Origin: Mobula hypostoma
Lineage: Eukaryota
Length of the DNA: 64,000 bases
Direction: 5' to 3'
Assembly (NCBI RefSeq): GCF_963921235.1
Contig: NC_086097.1
Span: 214,336,001 to 214,400,000 of the forward strand
The notes beneath the pieces were generated by a model, which saw nothing but the letters and a program-made list of their open reading frames with translations, did no database searches and was not told the origin of the DNA. This document shows, piece after piece, positions 12,810 through 26,499 of this stretch (its first letter is position 1; the number at the start of each line of letters is the position of its first letter). The translations under genes and the position numbers were made by a program.

Positions 12810-14490
12810 ACTGTCACAACACCTGGACAACAGCAACACATACTGCAGTCTACATTTTATCAATTACAAGTTCAACACCATCATGTCCTCAACTCTAATT
12901 AGCAAGCTTCAAAACCTGGGCCTCTTAATCTCCCTCTGCAACTGAACCTTTGACTTCCTCATCAGGAGACAGTAGTTTGTAGTGATCAATAATAATATCT
13001 TCTTCTTGCTGACAATCAACACAGGCACACCTTAAGGATGTGTGCTTCACACACTAATCTACTCTGGCTACACTCATGATTGTGTGGCTAGGCATGGCTC
13101 AAACACCACCTAAAAATTTGTTGATGAAACCACCTTTGTTGTCAGAATTTCAGATGGCAACAAGGTGTACAGGAGCTAGATAGATTGGTTGATTGTACCA
13201 ATGTCGGAGATTTGGCATGTCAACAAATACACTCAAAAACGTCTTTAGTTGTACCATGGAGAGCATTCTGACAGGCTGCATCACTATCTGGTATGGAGGG
13301 GCTACTGCACAGGACTGAAAGAAGCTGCAGAAGTTGTAAATCTAGTCAGCTCCATCTTGGGTACTAGCCTACAAATTACCCAGGACATCTTTAGGGAGCG
13401 GTGTCTCAGAAAGGCACTGTCTATTTTTAAGGACCTCCAGCACCCAGGGCATGCCTTTTTCTCACTGTTACCATCAGGTAGGAGGTACAGAAGCCTGAAG
13501 GCACACACTCAGCGATTCAGGAACAGCTTCTTCCCCTCTGCCATCCAATTCCTAAATGGACATTGAATCTTTAGACACCACCACATTTTTTTTTAATATA
13601 CAGTATTTATGTTTTTGCACGTTTTAAGATCTATTCAATATACACAATTGATTTACTTGTTTATTTATTATTATTTTATTTCATTTATGATTTTTTTTCT
13701 TTTTTCTCTGCTGGATTATATATTGCATTGAACTGCTGCTGCTAAGTTAACAAGTGTCACGTCACGTGCCGGTGATAATAAACCTGATTCTGATTCTGAT
13801 TCTATTGCAACAACAGCCCTGCACTCAGTGTCAACATGGCTAAGGAATTGATTGTGGACTTCAGAAAGAGGAAGTTTGGAGAATACATGCCAGTCCTCAC
13901 CGAGGGGTCAGCAGTGGAAATGGTGAGCAGCTTCCAGTTCCTGGGCATCACCATCTCAGAGATCTGTCCTGGGCCAGCGGAATGCTGCAATCGTGAAGAA
14001 GGCATGCTAGTGGCTATACGTCATTAGGAGCCTGAGGACATTTGGTACATCACCAAAGACTCTAACAACTTTCTACAGATGTATAGTGAGGAACATTCTG
14101 ACTAATCTTTGTTTGGAGGTTCCAATGCGCAGAATCGAAAGCAGCTCCAGAGGGCTGTGGACTCAGCCAGCTCCATCACAGCACAACCAGCCCCAGGATC
14201 AAGAACATCTTCAACTAGCAGTGCCTCGAGAAGGTGGCATCCATCATTAAGGACCTTCACCATCTGAGACATGCCCTGTTCCCATTATTACTTTGGGGAG
14301 GAAATAAAAGTCCTGAAGACCCATATTCTATAAGATCCATGAACACTACCTCCCCTTCCTCTTTTGCATTATTTTCTTACATATTTATTGGTTGTAACTT
14401 ATAGGAACGTTTTATGTATTGCACTGTACTGCTGCCACCAAACAACAAATTTTATGACTAATGCCCATGAAAATAAACCTGATTCTGAAT
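12810..14490 (+). mobile_element. Old Rex1/Babar-like LINE carrying a younger Rex1-like 3' fragment (~13200-13801)
   Basis: Outer copy has KELIVDFRK and FQFLGITIS motifs. Inner copy encodes LLPSGRRYRSLKAHTQRFRNSFFPSAI and ends AATAAACCTG(ATTCTG)n. The outer copy also ends AATAAACCTGATTCTGA. Confidence 0.8.
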
Positions 14491-15709
14491 CTGTTTTGAC
14501 ACATGCTACCTTACAGCAGAGTCCCGCATTTGTATATAAGCTTCTGCGCTTGAAGCTATTTCCTAATAAGAATCAATTATTTTGTAGCCAGGCAATGTAA
14601 CCCAGATTAACCCAGAAGATGTCCATCTGGATATTCTTCATAAATCATATGTAACTGCGGCTTCAGAGAAATACACTTTTTCCAGGGGAAAAGATTTCAG
14701 TGCAGCATATTGGACCACATGGTTGGTGTATTGGAGGTAACATTTTACCACAAAGATGAAAGTCTTTATATGTTTGATTAATCAAAGTACAAACTAATTT
14801 AGAGTTTTCTGCTATTTATGTGGTCACGGATTCGGGATCAGATTACTTGCTGCGAGATGGTAGGAGTGAAATTTACTGGGTAATGAGCTGAAACCTTTAA
14901 GTAGGACATCAGCTACACTAACTTCATTCTCTTCCCAGCTCGTCCAATAAACAAACAGTGTGCATGGACCATGTTTAAATATGCTTACACAGCATGTTTG
15001 CTTTTCTAGAAAATCAAGTTTGATCCAAATTTATCTCTTCGAAAATGCCTTTTAAGCCTGTTTCTTGACCTAAGCAGATGAAATTGTCCATTAAGCTGTG
15101 TTCCAGCATTATTAACTCAATCTTCCTCGGTCGCCCTGTTGGAGTCATGCATCAGTTCTCTATCTGCATTGTATTGTGTTAAGTGTTTATTATGGTAATT
15201 AATTGCATGAGTGGGGGCATGGTAAAAGTGAGGGGAATAAGTTATGTATTCATGCTTTGTTCTTTGCAGTTTCTAGTAGCTGGAGGCCGGCAGATGTCGT
15301 ATCATTTTGCTGACCGCTCAATAACGTTCAATTACACTTTGCTGACACTTGGGTACGCTTAAGTTTCATCACATCAAGATGTTCGTTTGCTAATTGCAAA
15401 TAAAGGATCGAGTACATATTCTCAATTTTTGGAGCAATCATTATGGAGTGAGGACACATCATGCAAGTTTAACAAATCTGTAGGGTCACCAGCAGTGGTA
15501 ATTGTTTTGGTTTTGCTTCCGTTTGTCTCCTTTAATATTTATATGCATAAAGAAGATAGACAATTCAGTGCAGTGTTGCCAGCATGTTACATTGTTAGAA
15601 ATAGTAATTTTCATATGAGTCTTCATTTGAGAAATGGTCAAATTGTGCCCATGGTCCATTGAAGACTACATTGCATCCATGCTAAGACCACCCGACCTAG
15701 GTTGATAAT

Positions 15710-16502
15710 TTTCTAAATGCAGAGAAAATACAAAAATCTGAGGTGCAAAGGGATTTGAGAGTCCTTGTGCATAAAGGTGAATTTGCAGGTTGAGTCTGTG
15801 ATGAGGAAGTCAAATGTGATGTTAGCATTCATTTCAAGAGGATTAGAATATACAAGCAAGGAAGTAATGTTGAGAACATAAGAAATAGGAATGGGAGTAG
15901 ACTTTAGACTTGAGGCTTTACAAAGCACTGGTGAGGCCTTATTTGGAGTATTGTGAGCAGGTTTGGGCCCCTTATCTTAGAAAGGATGTGCTGAAACTGG
16001 AAAGGGTTCAAAAGAGGTTCACGAAAACAATTCCAGGATTAAACAGCTCGTCATATCAAAAATGTTTGATGGCTCTGGGCTTGAATTCACTGGAATTCAG
16101 AAGAATGAGGGGTGACCTCATTGAAATCTATTGAATGGTGAAAGGCCTTGATAGAGTGGATATGGAAAGGGTGTTTCCTATGATGGGAGAGTCTAAGACC
16201 AGAGAGCACAGCTTTAGAACAGAGCGACATCCTTTTAGAACTGAGGTGAGGAGAAATTTCTTTAGCCAGAGAGTGGTGAATACGTGGCATTTGTTGTCAC
16301 AAGCGGCTGTGGAGGCCAAGTCTTTATGTATATTTAAGGCAGAGATTAATAGATTCTTGATTGTTCAGGGCACGAAGGGATATGGGGAAGGCAGGTGATT
16401 GGGGCTGGGGGAAAATATGGATCAGTCATGATGAAATGGTGGAGCAGACTCAATGGGCCAAATGGCCTAATTTTGCTCCTGTAACTTATGGTCTTATGGT
16501 CT
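15710..16502 (+). mobile_element. 5'-truncated CR1 LINE
   Basis: LYKALVRPYLEYC.QVWAPYLRKD, RRMRGDLIE, RRNFFSQRVV; TTATGGTCTTATGGTCT tail. Confidence 0.9.
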
Positions 16503-17799
16503 AAAAACAATTACTTTCCCTAAGCAGTGAGGCTGATCAATGCCTCCCAACTCCACTGCTACTTTGTTATTTCCAATTAGAAACCTTATGTACAGCCTGG
16601 CATCACATTATGGATACACAATCAATCTATGTATAGAAGCTCTTATATATTTATACTCAATGTGTTTATTATCATCATTATTATTGTTGCTGTTGACTTC
16701 TATACCTTTTGTTTTTCTTTGTGCTGCATCATATCCAGGGTAACAATTATTTTGTTCTCCTTACACTTGTGTTCAAATGTATGCAATCTTGAATCATTAG
16801 CTATTGAAGAAAACAAAGGAATTTCCACCAATGTTTGTCAGTAATCCAAGAAAAAAGCAGTTCATTCACTTCAGTATGGGATTTCTAATAAATATTCATA
16901 AAGATGAAACAAATTTATTTAGTTATTTGTTCAACTAGCCCAACAGTTCTGTGTATTGTGCTTCACTCACTCAACCCTATGGTTTCCACTTTGTTTTTCT
17001 TCCTCATTTGGTTTGTCAACATAAAAAGGAAGTCTTTTCTTTAAAAATGTATGTAGGAAATTCTTGAAGGATGTGATAATGGACTGTAAAATTAATGTTT
17101 GCTTCATTAAATCGGTTAAGCTGAGCTCTAATTGATTAAAAAGTGAATCCAGACAATTTAATTGAGTGTGAAGTTTAAATGACAAATAGTATTTTACATT
17201 ACCTAAACCATTCATTCTTTCTCTGTATTTATGTGATGCTTTATTAATTTATGAATTAAAATATACTTCTTTTTTGTCCCAGGAAATGAATAACATAACA
17301 AATAACATTAAGCTGACACTCTTTGACAGTAGGACAGAAAAGAAAATGTGCTTTTGAGGAAGCCAATTTATCCCTCACATTCAGCTAAATAAAATAAATT
17401 CATTAGACAGGTTTGGAATTTCCCCCTAACAATTATTTTCTAAAATAACAACCTGTCACAGAAAGAGTAGAAGCATTGTCTTGAAGCATATTTTGTCAAC
17501 AGTTATTAAGAAATAAGAAGACTGACTTGCTTTAAGAGGAAATTTACCAGCCTCACTATCACCTGCCCAGGATGACCTGAATTTGGTTTTGTGTTCACCT
17601 TCTCCAGAGCACATGGCCTGAGTCTTAAGGTTTTATATTAACATCAGTAGAGAATATTATTGAATGGAGTGCAAAATCACCATTCCATCTGATCCCCTGG
17701 GCTTGCTGTCTAATTGTTAGATTAAAATTACCCTCATTAATGCATTAAACTTGGTGAATAAACAGCAGAGACTCCAGAGAGCGATAATTAAAGTAGATA

Positions 17800-18092
17800 G
17801 TTAAAGTAGATTTGGCGATCCAGCACAGAGTAGACCTCTCTGGTCCTTCAAGCCACGCTGCCCCTGCATCCCCATCAAACCCATTTAACCTTAACCTAAT
17901 CACAGGACAATTTACAATGGCCAATGAACCTGCCCGATATGTCTTTGGATTGTGGGAGGCAACTGCAGGAGGACCCAGAGAGGACATACAGAGATTCGTA
18001 AAGAACGGCACCAGAATTGAACTCTGAACCCAGGAACGCCTTGAGCTGTAATAGCGTTGCACTAACCACTATGCTACCATGGCACCCAACCA
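17800..18092 (-). mobile_element. tRNA-derived SINE (V-SINE-like)
   Basis: Minus strand: A-box-like TAGCATAGTGG, B-box-like GAGTTCAATTC, then CCCACAATCCAAAGAC..ATTGGCCATTGTAAATTG. Related copies at 52415-52690 and 35200-35390. Confidence 0.7.
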
Positions 18093-18199
18093 ACAGATAG
18101 AATTATTTCAGTATGAATTTTCACTATGAGTAAAATGAAACATGTCAAAATGTATGTGTAGTCTGCTTGAGAGAAACAGTTGAACTTTAGGTCCATAAC

Positions 18200-19520
18200 T
18201 TGTGAAGATATTTATTATTGGCTGTTGCATTGCCAAATATAAGCAGATCTAGTCGACAAGGGGAGAAAAAAACCAGAGGACATAGGTTTAGGGTGAGGGG
18301 GGAAAAGTTTAAAGGGAACATTAGGGGGGGCTTCTTCATACAGAGAGTGGTGGGAGTATGGAATGAGCTGCCAGACGAGGTGGTAAATGCGGGTTTTTTT
18401 TAACATTTAAGAATAAATTGGACAGATACATGGATGGGAGGTGTATGGAGGGATATGGTCCATGTGCAGGTCAGTGGGACTAGGCAGAAAATGGTTTGGC
18501 ACAGCCAAGAAGGGCCAAAAGGCCTGTTTCTGTGCTGTAGTTTCTATGGTTTCTAAGGTTTTACGAATGAATGGTAAGTTATGTTTGCCAATCTTGCTCA
18601 AGTTCTTCAAGGATACATCAGGGAGAGCTTGTAGAGGGAAACCTGTAAATATGGTAACTTAGATTTCCAAAGGGCATTTGACAAGGTGCCTTATAGAAGG
18701 CTGGTGATTAAATTGAGAACTAAAGGTGTTGGAATAGCGTGTTTGCATGAATTAAAAAACTGTATCATAGAAAACAGCAATTTGGAATAAATTGATCTCT
18801 TTTAGACTTGAGGTTTGTAACTAGTGATGTTCCTGGCCTGCAGTTGTTTACTATTTTTCATTAATGACCTGGAGGAGGGAACAAAATGTAATGTTTTTAA
18901 GTTTGCAAATAATACCGAATAGATCAAAGGAAACGTTGCGATGAGGACATTATGATTCTGCAATGGGACATAAATAGATTGAGTGGGTGAAAATCTGGGA
19001 TATGGATTTACCATGGGGAAGTGTAAGATCTGGCAAATTCTGCAAGAGAAACTGAAAGGATTCTGAACTAAATAGAGAGAGATTGCAAAATGAGGGAAGT
19101 TCAACGGGATCTTGGGATTTTGTGCACGACTCATGGAAAGGTAGCAGGCAGGTCTAACAAGTGGCTAAAAAGGCAAACAGTATGTTGGCATTTATTGCAA
19201 AGGGGTCAGAGTTTAAAAGTAGAGACTGTTTGGTACAGTCATACAGGGTGGTGGTGGGACCACACTGTGAAAGATGAACTTTACTTGAAAAGAATATACT
19301 GGCACTGGAACGATTCAAATAACATTCACCAGGCTAATTTCTGTGACGAGAGGATTTTGCTAAGAAGAGATCTAGACATTATGTGTTGGTATATTAGAAG
19401 GGTGACTTTATTCAAACATAAAATCCTAACAGGACTTTACGGAGCAGATGTGGAAATGTTTCCATTAGTGGGAGAGTCATGAACAGAGGACATAGACACT
19501 GTGCAGAAATGACTTTTCTC
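18200..19520 (+). mobile_element. Degraded CR1 with a younger CR1 3' end (~18245-18558) inserted
   Basis: Inner copy: TRGHRFRV..FFIQRVV..WNELP with a TTCTATGGTTTCTAAGG tail. Outer copy: decayed DFQRAFDKVP and IFINDLE motifs. Confidence 0.75.
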
Positions 19521-19839
19521 TGAGTTCAAGTTCAACTTTAATTGTAATTCAACCATACGCATTTATTCAGTCAAACAAAACATCTTCCACTGAGACTAAG
19601 TTGCAAAACGTAGTACAGTCACACACAGCACATATAGTTATCATAGAACATGCAGTCACAAAATAATATTAACAGAAGTCCCTGATTAGCATGGCCTGAA
19701 GATTGCTGGTGCATGGGACATTGTCCTGAAGCCATGTTTCTGTAAGAACAAGCACGCAGTAGTTCTTCATTTCATGCTGGGTCAGCTGCAGATGTAGGCA
19801 ATCCAGTTTGTCTTCCAGGCAGTGACGTGGAAAATAATA

Positions 19840-22260
19840 GCATTATGATCTCTAGATGCAAAGTGCTCCCCTACCATAAACTTCTGTCACATGCCCTGTT
19901 TCATTCCCTAATAGAATATGTAGTATAGCACTGTCACTAGTGATTTCTATATACTGATTAAGGAAACTTTCCTGAACAAATTTGACAAACTCTCCGCCAT
20001 CCAGCCGTTTTGCAGTATGGAGGTCCCAGTTAATATGTGGAAAGCTAAAATCTCTTACAATCACAATCTTATGTTTCTTGCAACAGTCTATGATCTCTCT
20101 ACAAATTTGCTCCTCTAAATCCTGGTTAATCTATAATATAATCTCTCCTCCATAGAGATCATTAAGAGCACCAAATTTCTTGGTCTCCACCTGGCGGAGA
20201 ATCTCACCTGGTCCCTCAACACCAACTCCATAGCAAAGAAAGCCCAGCAGCATCTCTACTTTCTGCGAAGGCTGAGAAAAGTCCATCTCCCACCCCCATC
20301 CTCACCACATTCAACCGAGGTTGTACTGAGAGCATCCTGAGCAGCTGCATCACTGCCTGGTTCAGAAATTGCACCATCTCAGATCGCAAGACCCTGCAGC
20401 GGATAGTGAGGTCAGCTGAGAAGATCATCAGGGTCTCTCTTCCAGCCATTACAGACATTTACACCACACGCTGCACCCGCAAAGCAAACAACATTATGAA
20501 GGACCCCATGCACCCCTCATACAAACTCTTCTCCCTCCTGCCATCTGGCAAAAGGCACCAAAGCACTCGGGCTGTCACGACCAGACTATGTAACAATTTC
20601 TTCCCCCAAGCCATCAGACTCCTCAATACCCAGAGCCTGGACTGACACCAACCTACTGCCCTCTACTGTGCCTATTGTCTTGTTTATTATTTATTGTAAT
20701 ACCTGCACTGCTTTGTGCACTTTATGCAGTCCTGGGTAGGTCTGTAGTCTAGTGTAGTTTTGTGTTGTTTTACGTAGTTCAGTGTAGTTTTCATATTGTT
20801 TCATGTAGCACCATGGTCCTCAAAAACATTTTCATTCTTACTGTGCACTGTACCAGCAGTTATGGTCAAAACGACAATAAAAAGTGACTTGACCTGACTT
20901 GACTTGATTAACGTGGTCATACCTTTCTTATTCTTCAGTTCTACTAATAAATCCCCACTAGACAAGCTCTCCAGTCTGTCCTGACCAAACACTGCTACGA
21001 CATTTTCCCTGATTAGTAATGTCACCCTCCTCCCTTTAATCCTTCCTACTCTATCATTTCTAAAACAACAAAACTCCAGAACACTGAGCTGCCAGTCCTA
21101 CCCCTCCTGCAACCAAGTTTTACTAATGGCTACAAAAACTCCATGTGCTGATCCATGCCCTAAGCTCATCCACTTTTCCTACAATACTCCTTGTATTAAA
21201 GTAGCTCAGAACATTAATCCCAGCATACTCAACATTTAAATTCCTGTCTTTGTATGTAGGCTTATCAACACCCTTCTTCACAAACTCTCCAGTTCCCATG
21301 CCCCTGCAACACTAGTTTAAACATGCCATACAGAATTAGCAAACCTTCCCACTAAGATATTAGTTCCATTCCAACTCAGATGCAAAATATCACTCTGTAC
21401 AGGTCCCACCTTCCCAGGAAGAGAACCCAAGGATCCAAAAATCTGAAGCCCTCCCTCCTGCACCAACTCCTCAGCCATGTGTTAAACTGCACGGCCTTCC
21501 TGTTTTTGGCCCCAGTAGCATGTGGCATGGGTAGCAGTCCTAAGATCACAGCCCTGGAGGTCCTGTCCTTTAACTGAGAACCTACCTCCCTGAACTCACT
21601 TTGCAGGATTTCGTCATCCGTCCTACCCATGTCATTGGTACCAAGGTGGACCACGACCTCCAGCTGCCCACTGCCACCTCCCCCCTAAATGCTGTGGGCT
21701 TGATCCGAGATGTCCCTGGCACTCGGGAGGCAACAAACCCTCCAGAAATCTCTTTCTTGCCCACAGAACTTACGTTCTGTTCCCCTAACTAATGAATCTC
21801 CTATCATTACAGCTCAACAATTCTCCCCCCTTCCCTCCTGAACACGGAGGCAGTCTCAGTGCCAGAGACTTGACCACTGTAACTTTCCTCTGCTAGGTCA
21901 TTCCCCCCAACAGTATCCAAAGCTGTTGTCGAAGGGAGCAGCCACAAAGCTACTCTGTGCTGGCGGTTTATCCCCTTTCACCCTCCTGACGATTACTCAG
22001 TTACACAGGTACTGCCACCTTGGGTGTAACTACGTCCCTGCATGCCCTATCTATCAACCAGTCAGCCTCCTGAATGATCCAGAGATCATCTAGTTCCAGC
22101 TCCAACCCCTTAATGCAGTCTGATAGAAGCTGCAGCAGGATGCACTTCCTGCAGGTGTAGTCAGCAAGTGGGAGTAGTCATATTACCTTCCCACATCTCA
22201 CAAGAGAAGTACTTCAGAATCCTGTCTGGCATTCTCCCTGCTCTAAACGTGCAATAAGAA
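19840..22260 (-). mobile_element. 5' half of a CR1 (ORF1 esterase plus endonuclease region), interrupted by a Rex1-like insertion
   Basis: VHLGTNDMG..FNTWLRSWCRREGFRFLDPW (SGNH esterase-type ORF1, 21376-21654) and DFSFPHINW..FVKFVQESFLNQYI (endonuclease region, 19852-20064). Confidence 0.85.
20145..20906 (+). mobile_element. Rex1/Babar-like LINE 3' fragment
   Basis: KKAQQHLYFLRRL, LFSLLPSGKR..TTRLCNNFFPQAIRLLN; AATAAA followed by a (GACTT)n tail. Confidence 0.85.
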
Positions 22261-23667
22261 ATAAAGAAAGAATAAATAATGAAAAGAATCTACCTATGGC
22301 CTAGCCAAGCCTCAGCTCCCCTGTCCAACACTGGCCTGCTGAAACAATGGCCACTCCACTTGAACCTAACTTTTTTTTTTAATTAGTCCTTGCCAATTAT
22401 GCACAATCCAATATCTCCTCAGGACTGTGCTGACTGACCTATTCATTTCTCTGATACTCTCCCTCCCTCCAAACAATCTGGTATCTCCCCAGGAATAGAC
22501 TGCCATAAGTACAGAGAAAGCATTGTAACTCACAAACCACCCACCTGCCTGCTGTGCCAAGAAACTCTTCCCCCATGTTTGTTAGAGTCTGTTGGTCTCA
22601 CCAGTCACCTAAGAATTCACAGGACCTGAGTGGAAGCAAGGTACTGTCTATCGCAAAGGACTGCCTAAGAAAGAAAATACAATTGTTTCCCAAGATCTTT
22701 CAGTATGAGACTACTACAATTTTTGTCACACTCTCCCATTTTAAATATTCAGAGAACTGCAAACACTCACATCCTGCAGGTCTCTTGACCTAAATTGTGA
22801 AAGGTAGTGACAGTTATGAAAAGCAGAGTGGTGCTGTCTTTTCTATAAGTGCAGTGGATAATAATGATAGTCAAAAGCCCCTTTCATGAATTCAGCAATC
22901 CAATGTTAGCTACAGCAAGTGAAGTATTTTCGGTGCAATTCGTGTTTTGCAATTTGGAAAAAAAAATGGTAAATAATTTTGACACTGAAAGGTTGAAAAA
23001 TAATCTATTATATCAATGGAATGCGTAAGAAATTTTTGTCTCCATGATCAACTTCACTGATGAAATCTTTAATTCGTAACTGGTATTAAGTTATATCTCA
23101 GTGGATAGTATGTGTTTCTTTGTCAAATTTTGTATATTATGTGTGTAGCATCAAGAAATAATTGGATCCAATTGCAAAAGTATATTGTGATGTTGAAGTT
23201 TTTCAATATATTTATAATTGTACATTTTCATGGTTTAATAGTTATTATTTAGCTTTCTGTGTATATTTCAATGCAAGGTAAATTGAAGAAAGAAACTACT
23301 ATATATTCTCATAGATTGATCCATCAGAATCAATATTGGCATGTAAAGGGTTGTATCAGGTGACAGAGGATACATTGCTGCTGTTTTGAAAAAATATATA
23401 GTGCAAGTGATTGCTGAGCTAATTTATAATGAGAATATGCCGTCTGAGGCAGAATTCATTCAGTTATATGGCACGGAAACAGGTCCTTGAGACCCAAATT
23501 GTCCATGCCAACCAAATTACCTACCTGAGCTATTCCCATTTGCCTACATTTGACCCATATCCCTTTTCCTACTCATGCACCTGCCTAAATATATTTTCAA
23601 CATTGTAATTATACCCACCTTTACAGCTTCCTATGGCAGCTCATTTCATATACCCACCATAGAAGAT

Positions 23668-24340
23668 GGAGGAGAAGATGGTGGCGCGATGTAGCGCGCG
23701 CGGCCACTCCGAATTGATATCGTATTTGTGAATGCCGTGCACAATCCTGATTTGATGGAGACAGACATGAAAAGCATGGAGGAACATCTGGAGAAACTTC
23801 TGAAATGCCTGCTTCGCTGCTGCTGCTACTGTGCGATCAAGAATCTCCAAAGGGGAAGGCCCCAAATCCTCGGCTTTGCCTATTGCCTGTTGCTGGGGTC
23901 GGGGTCGAAGCGCTCGGCAGAGATGGTGCTCGGTGCATGGTGTTGGAGAGCTGGTCGGAGGCTCGAAGTTTTCGGACGGACTCGGAGTCGGACTGTGATT
24001 GGGTGCTTCCAGGATGCTGCATCGGCAAGTTTGCGGCGTTGGAAGCTCATGGCAGGAAGTGTTTTCTTCTTTCAGCCGTCTGCATGAGATGATGGGCCTT
24101 GCGAGAGACTTTGAGACTTTTTTTTTACCGTGCCCATGGTCTGTTCTTCTATCAAATTACAGTTTTGCTTTGCACTGTTGTAACTATATGTTATAATTAT
24201 GTGGTTTTTGTCAGTTTTTTTAAGTCTTGGTTTGTCTTGTGTTTCTGTAATATCATTCTGGAGGAACATTGTATCATTTCTTAATGCATGCATTTCTAAG
24301 TGACAATAAAAGAGGACTGCGTATCCTCATAATCTAATCT
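23668..24340 (+). mobile_element. ~680-bp non-autonomous retroelement, copy 1
   Basis: Starts GGAGGAGAAGATGG and ends GACAATAAA..CCTCATAATCTAATCT. Colinear with the reverse complement of 62911-63586. Confidence 0.8.
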
Positions 24341-24674
24341 CTGTGTGATAAAGTTACCCCTCAGATCCCTTTTAAATCTTTCCACTCTCACCTTAAACCT
24401 ATATCTTCCAAGGACTTTGACCATTCACCTCATTTATGCTGCTCATGATTTCATGTATTTCTATAAGGTCACCCCTCAGCCTCTGAGCCTTCGTGAAAGG
24501 AAGTGCCAAACTATTCAGGCTTTCCTCAAACCGCAAGTCCTTCAGTCAAGATAACATCCTTGTGATTCCTTTCTAGTTTCTTTTAGCTGGGTGACCAGAA
24601 CTGCTTGCAATAGTCCAAGTGTGGTCTCACCGGTGACATATATAGTTGTAAAATGAAGACTAAATTCCGGTATT

Positions 24675-24962
24675 AACATTAGGCATCCGTTAGTCTTGCG
24701 AGACCATGAATCTGTGCCTGGAAAGTCTTCACTCTCCAGGGCGCAGGCCTGGGCAAGGTTGTATGGAAGACCAGCAGTTGCCCATGACACCAATGTTGTC
24801 CAAGGGAAGGGCATTAGGACCTATACAGGCACCAGTGTCGTCGCAGAGCAATGTGTGATTAAGTGCCTTGCTCAAGGACACAACACGCTCCCTTGGCTGG
24901 GGCACGAACTCACAACCTTCAGGTTGCTAGTCCAATGCCTTAACCACTTGGCCACGTGCCCA
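24675..24962 (-). mobile_element. tRNA-derived SINE with CORE-like segment
   Basis: Minus strand: TGGCCAAGTGG (A box), GAGTTCGTGCC (B box), then GTGTCCTTGAGCAAGGCACTTAA. Confidence 0.75.
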
Positions 24963-26499
24963 CTCCTGTATTAAACATGCAGAACAATGAAGCATCATCT
25001 TCTCAACCCTTTCTACTTACGTTTCCACTGTCAGCGAACTATGCATCCGTAGTCGTAGGTCTCTCTGTTCTGCAGCACTCTCCAGGGCCTTACTACTTAG
25101 TAAGTCCTGCCATCATTTAATGTATTAAAGTGCAACACCTCCCACTTGCCTGAGTTTAATTTCATCTGACATTCTTTGGCCCACTTCTCCAGTTGGGCTA
25201 GATCCTATTGTAATCTTAGATCACTCTCTTCATAGTCCATTATATCACCAATTATGTTGTCACTCCTAAATTTAGTAACCATGCCAACTACAATCTAAAA
25301 CATATTACTATATAGATTATAAACAGCAGAGGCCCCAGCGTCGATCCCTGAGGAGCACTACTGGACATAGGCTTCCAATCTGAAATACAATCCTCTATTG
25401 CCAGCTTCTGACTCATTCCACCAAGCTAATTTTGTAACCAATTGGCCGATTAACACTGGATCCTACATGATCTAATCTTCTCAGCTACCCTACATTGTGT
25501 AACCTTGCGAATATTCTTCCATGTAGCCAAAGTCTGCTGTCCAACTCTCTTCAAACAACTCAATCAAATTTGCAAGAGGAGATTTCCAATGCAGAAAGCC
25601 GTGCTGACTCTCACTAATCAGGCCTTGGCTTTCCAAATGTTAGTAGACAAATCTGAAGTCAAACTTGTTGCAAGAGTGAAGGATGAATGCAAAGAACAAA
25701 GAGATTGTATGTCTGAGGGTAGATAAGAGAAAATGAATGACACAAGTGGTGAATGTGCTGTCTGAGAGAGGGTGGTGAAAGCTTGTTACTCACATCTGAT
25801 CTGTCTGGATGAGACGCAAAAAAGCAACAAATGAGAGTAAGAGATAGAGAAAAAAAACACATCAAGTGTGAAATACAAACCACTACAATGGAATATGAAA
25901 TAAGACAAAGAATGCTTGAAAAATTTACCAACTTACTTTCTGCAACTTAAACTATGCTAGAGTTTTGCTGTTCTTTAGCTCTTATAAAAAGTCATTGATA
26001 CCAAAACATTGTTTCTTTCTCCACAGGTGGACCTTACCTGCAGAGTATTTACATTAGTTTTTGTTTGTATTTCGTATTTCCAGCATTTTTATAATTTTCA
26101 ATAACAGTAAGTAAGCTTCCAATAATATGGCAGATTATTTCCTCCACAGTTTCTGGACTCATAGGTTCTCAACTTTACACAGCCCATAAATGCTGTGCCC
26201 TGGTAATCCCAACCTCTCAACTAGTTGTTGCCCCACAGAGATTATTACTTCCTACTTTGTCTTGACTATTTCACCCTTTTTCTGCCTTACTCTCACTAAT
26301 CTCTACTCTAATTAGATCTTGAGTGCCTTCCAGCATCTTGTTAGTTGTAGGTTCCTGGGCTGCTGTGTTCCTCCAACATTTTGTGGGCATTGTTTTGGAT
26401 GTCCAGCAACTGCAGATTTCCTTGTCTATGCAGAGTCTTGGTGGAATTCATGGAGCAATCCTTGTTTCAGGCCAAACTAGGCTCCACCTCCACCTGTTT

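Larger units (their letters stand above)
23450..25640 (-). mobile_element. Degraded CR1 3' half hosting two younger insertions
   Basis: Reverse-complement CR1 terminal and RT-region sequence, interrupted at 23668-24340 and 24675-24962. Confidence 0.65.

Noticed and set aside
24860..24962. tRNA gene
   Set aside because: A/B boxes run into a SINE body; no full cloverleaf. The same applies to 49100-49175.
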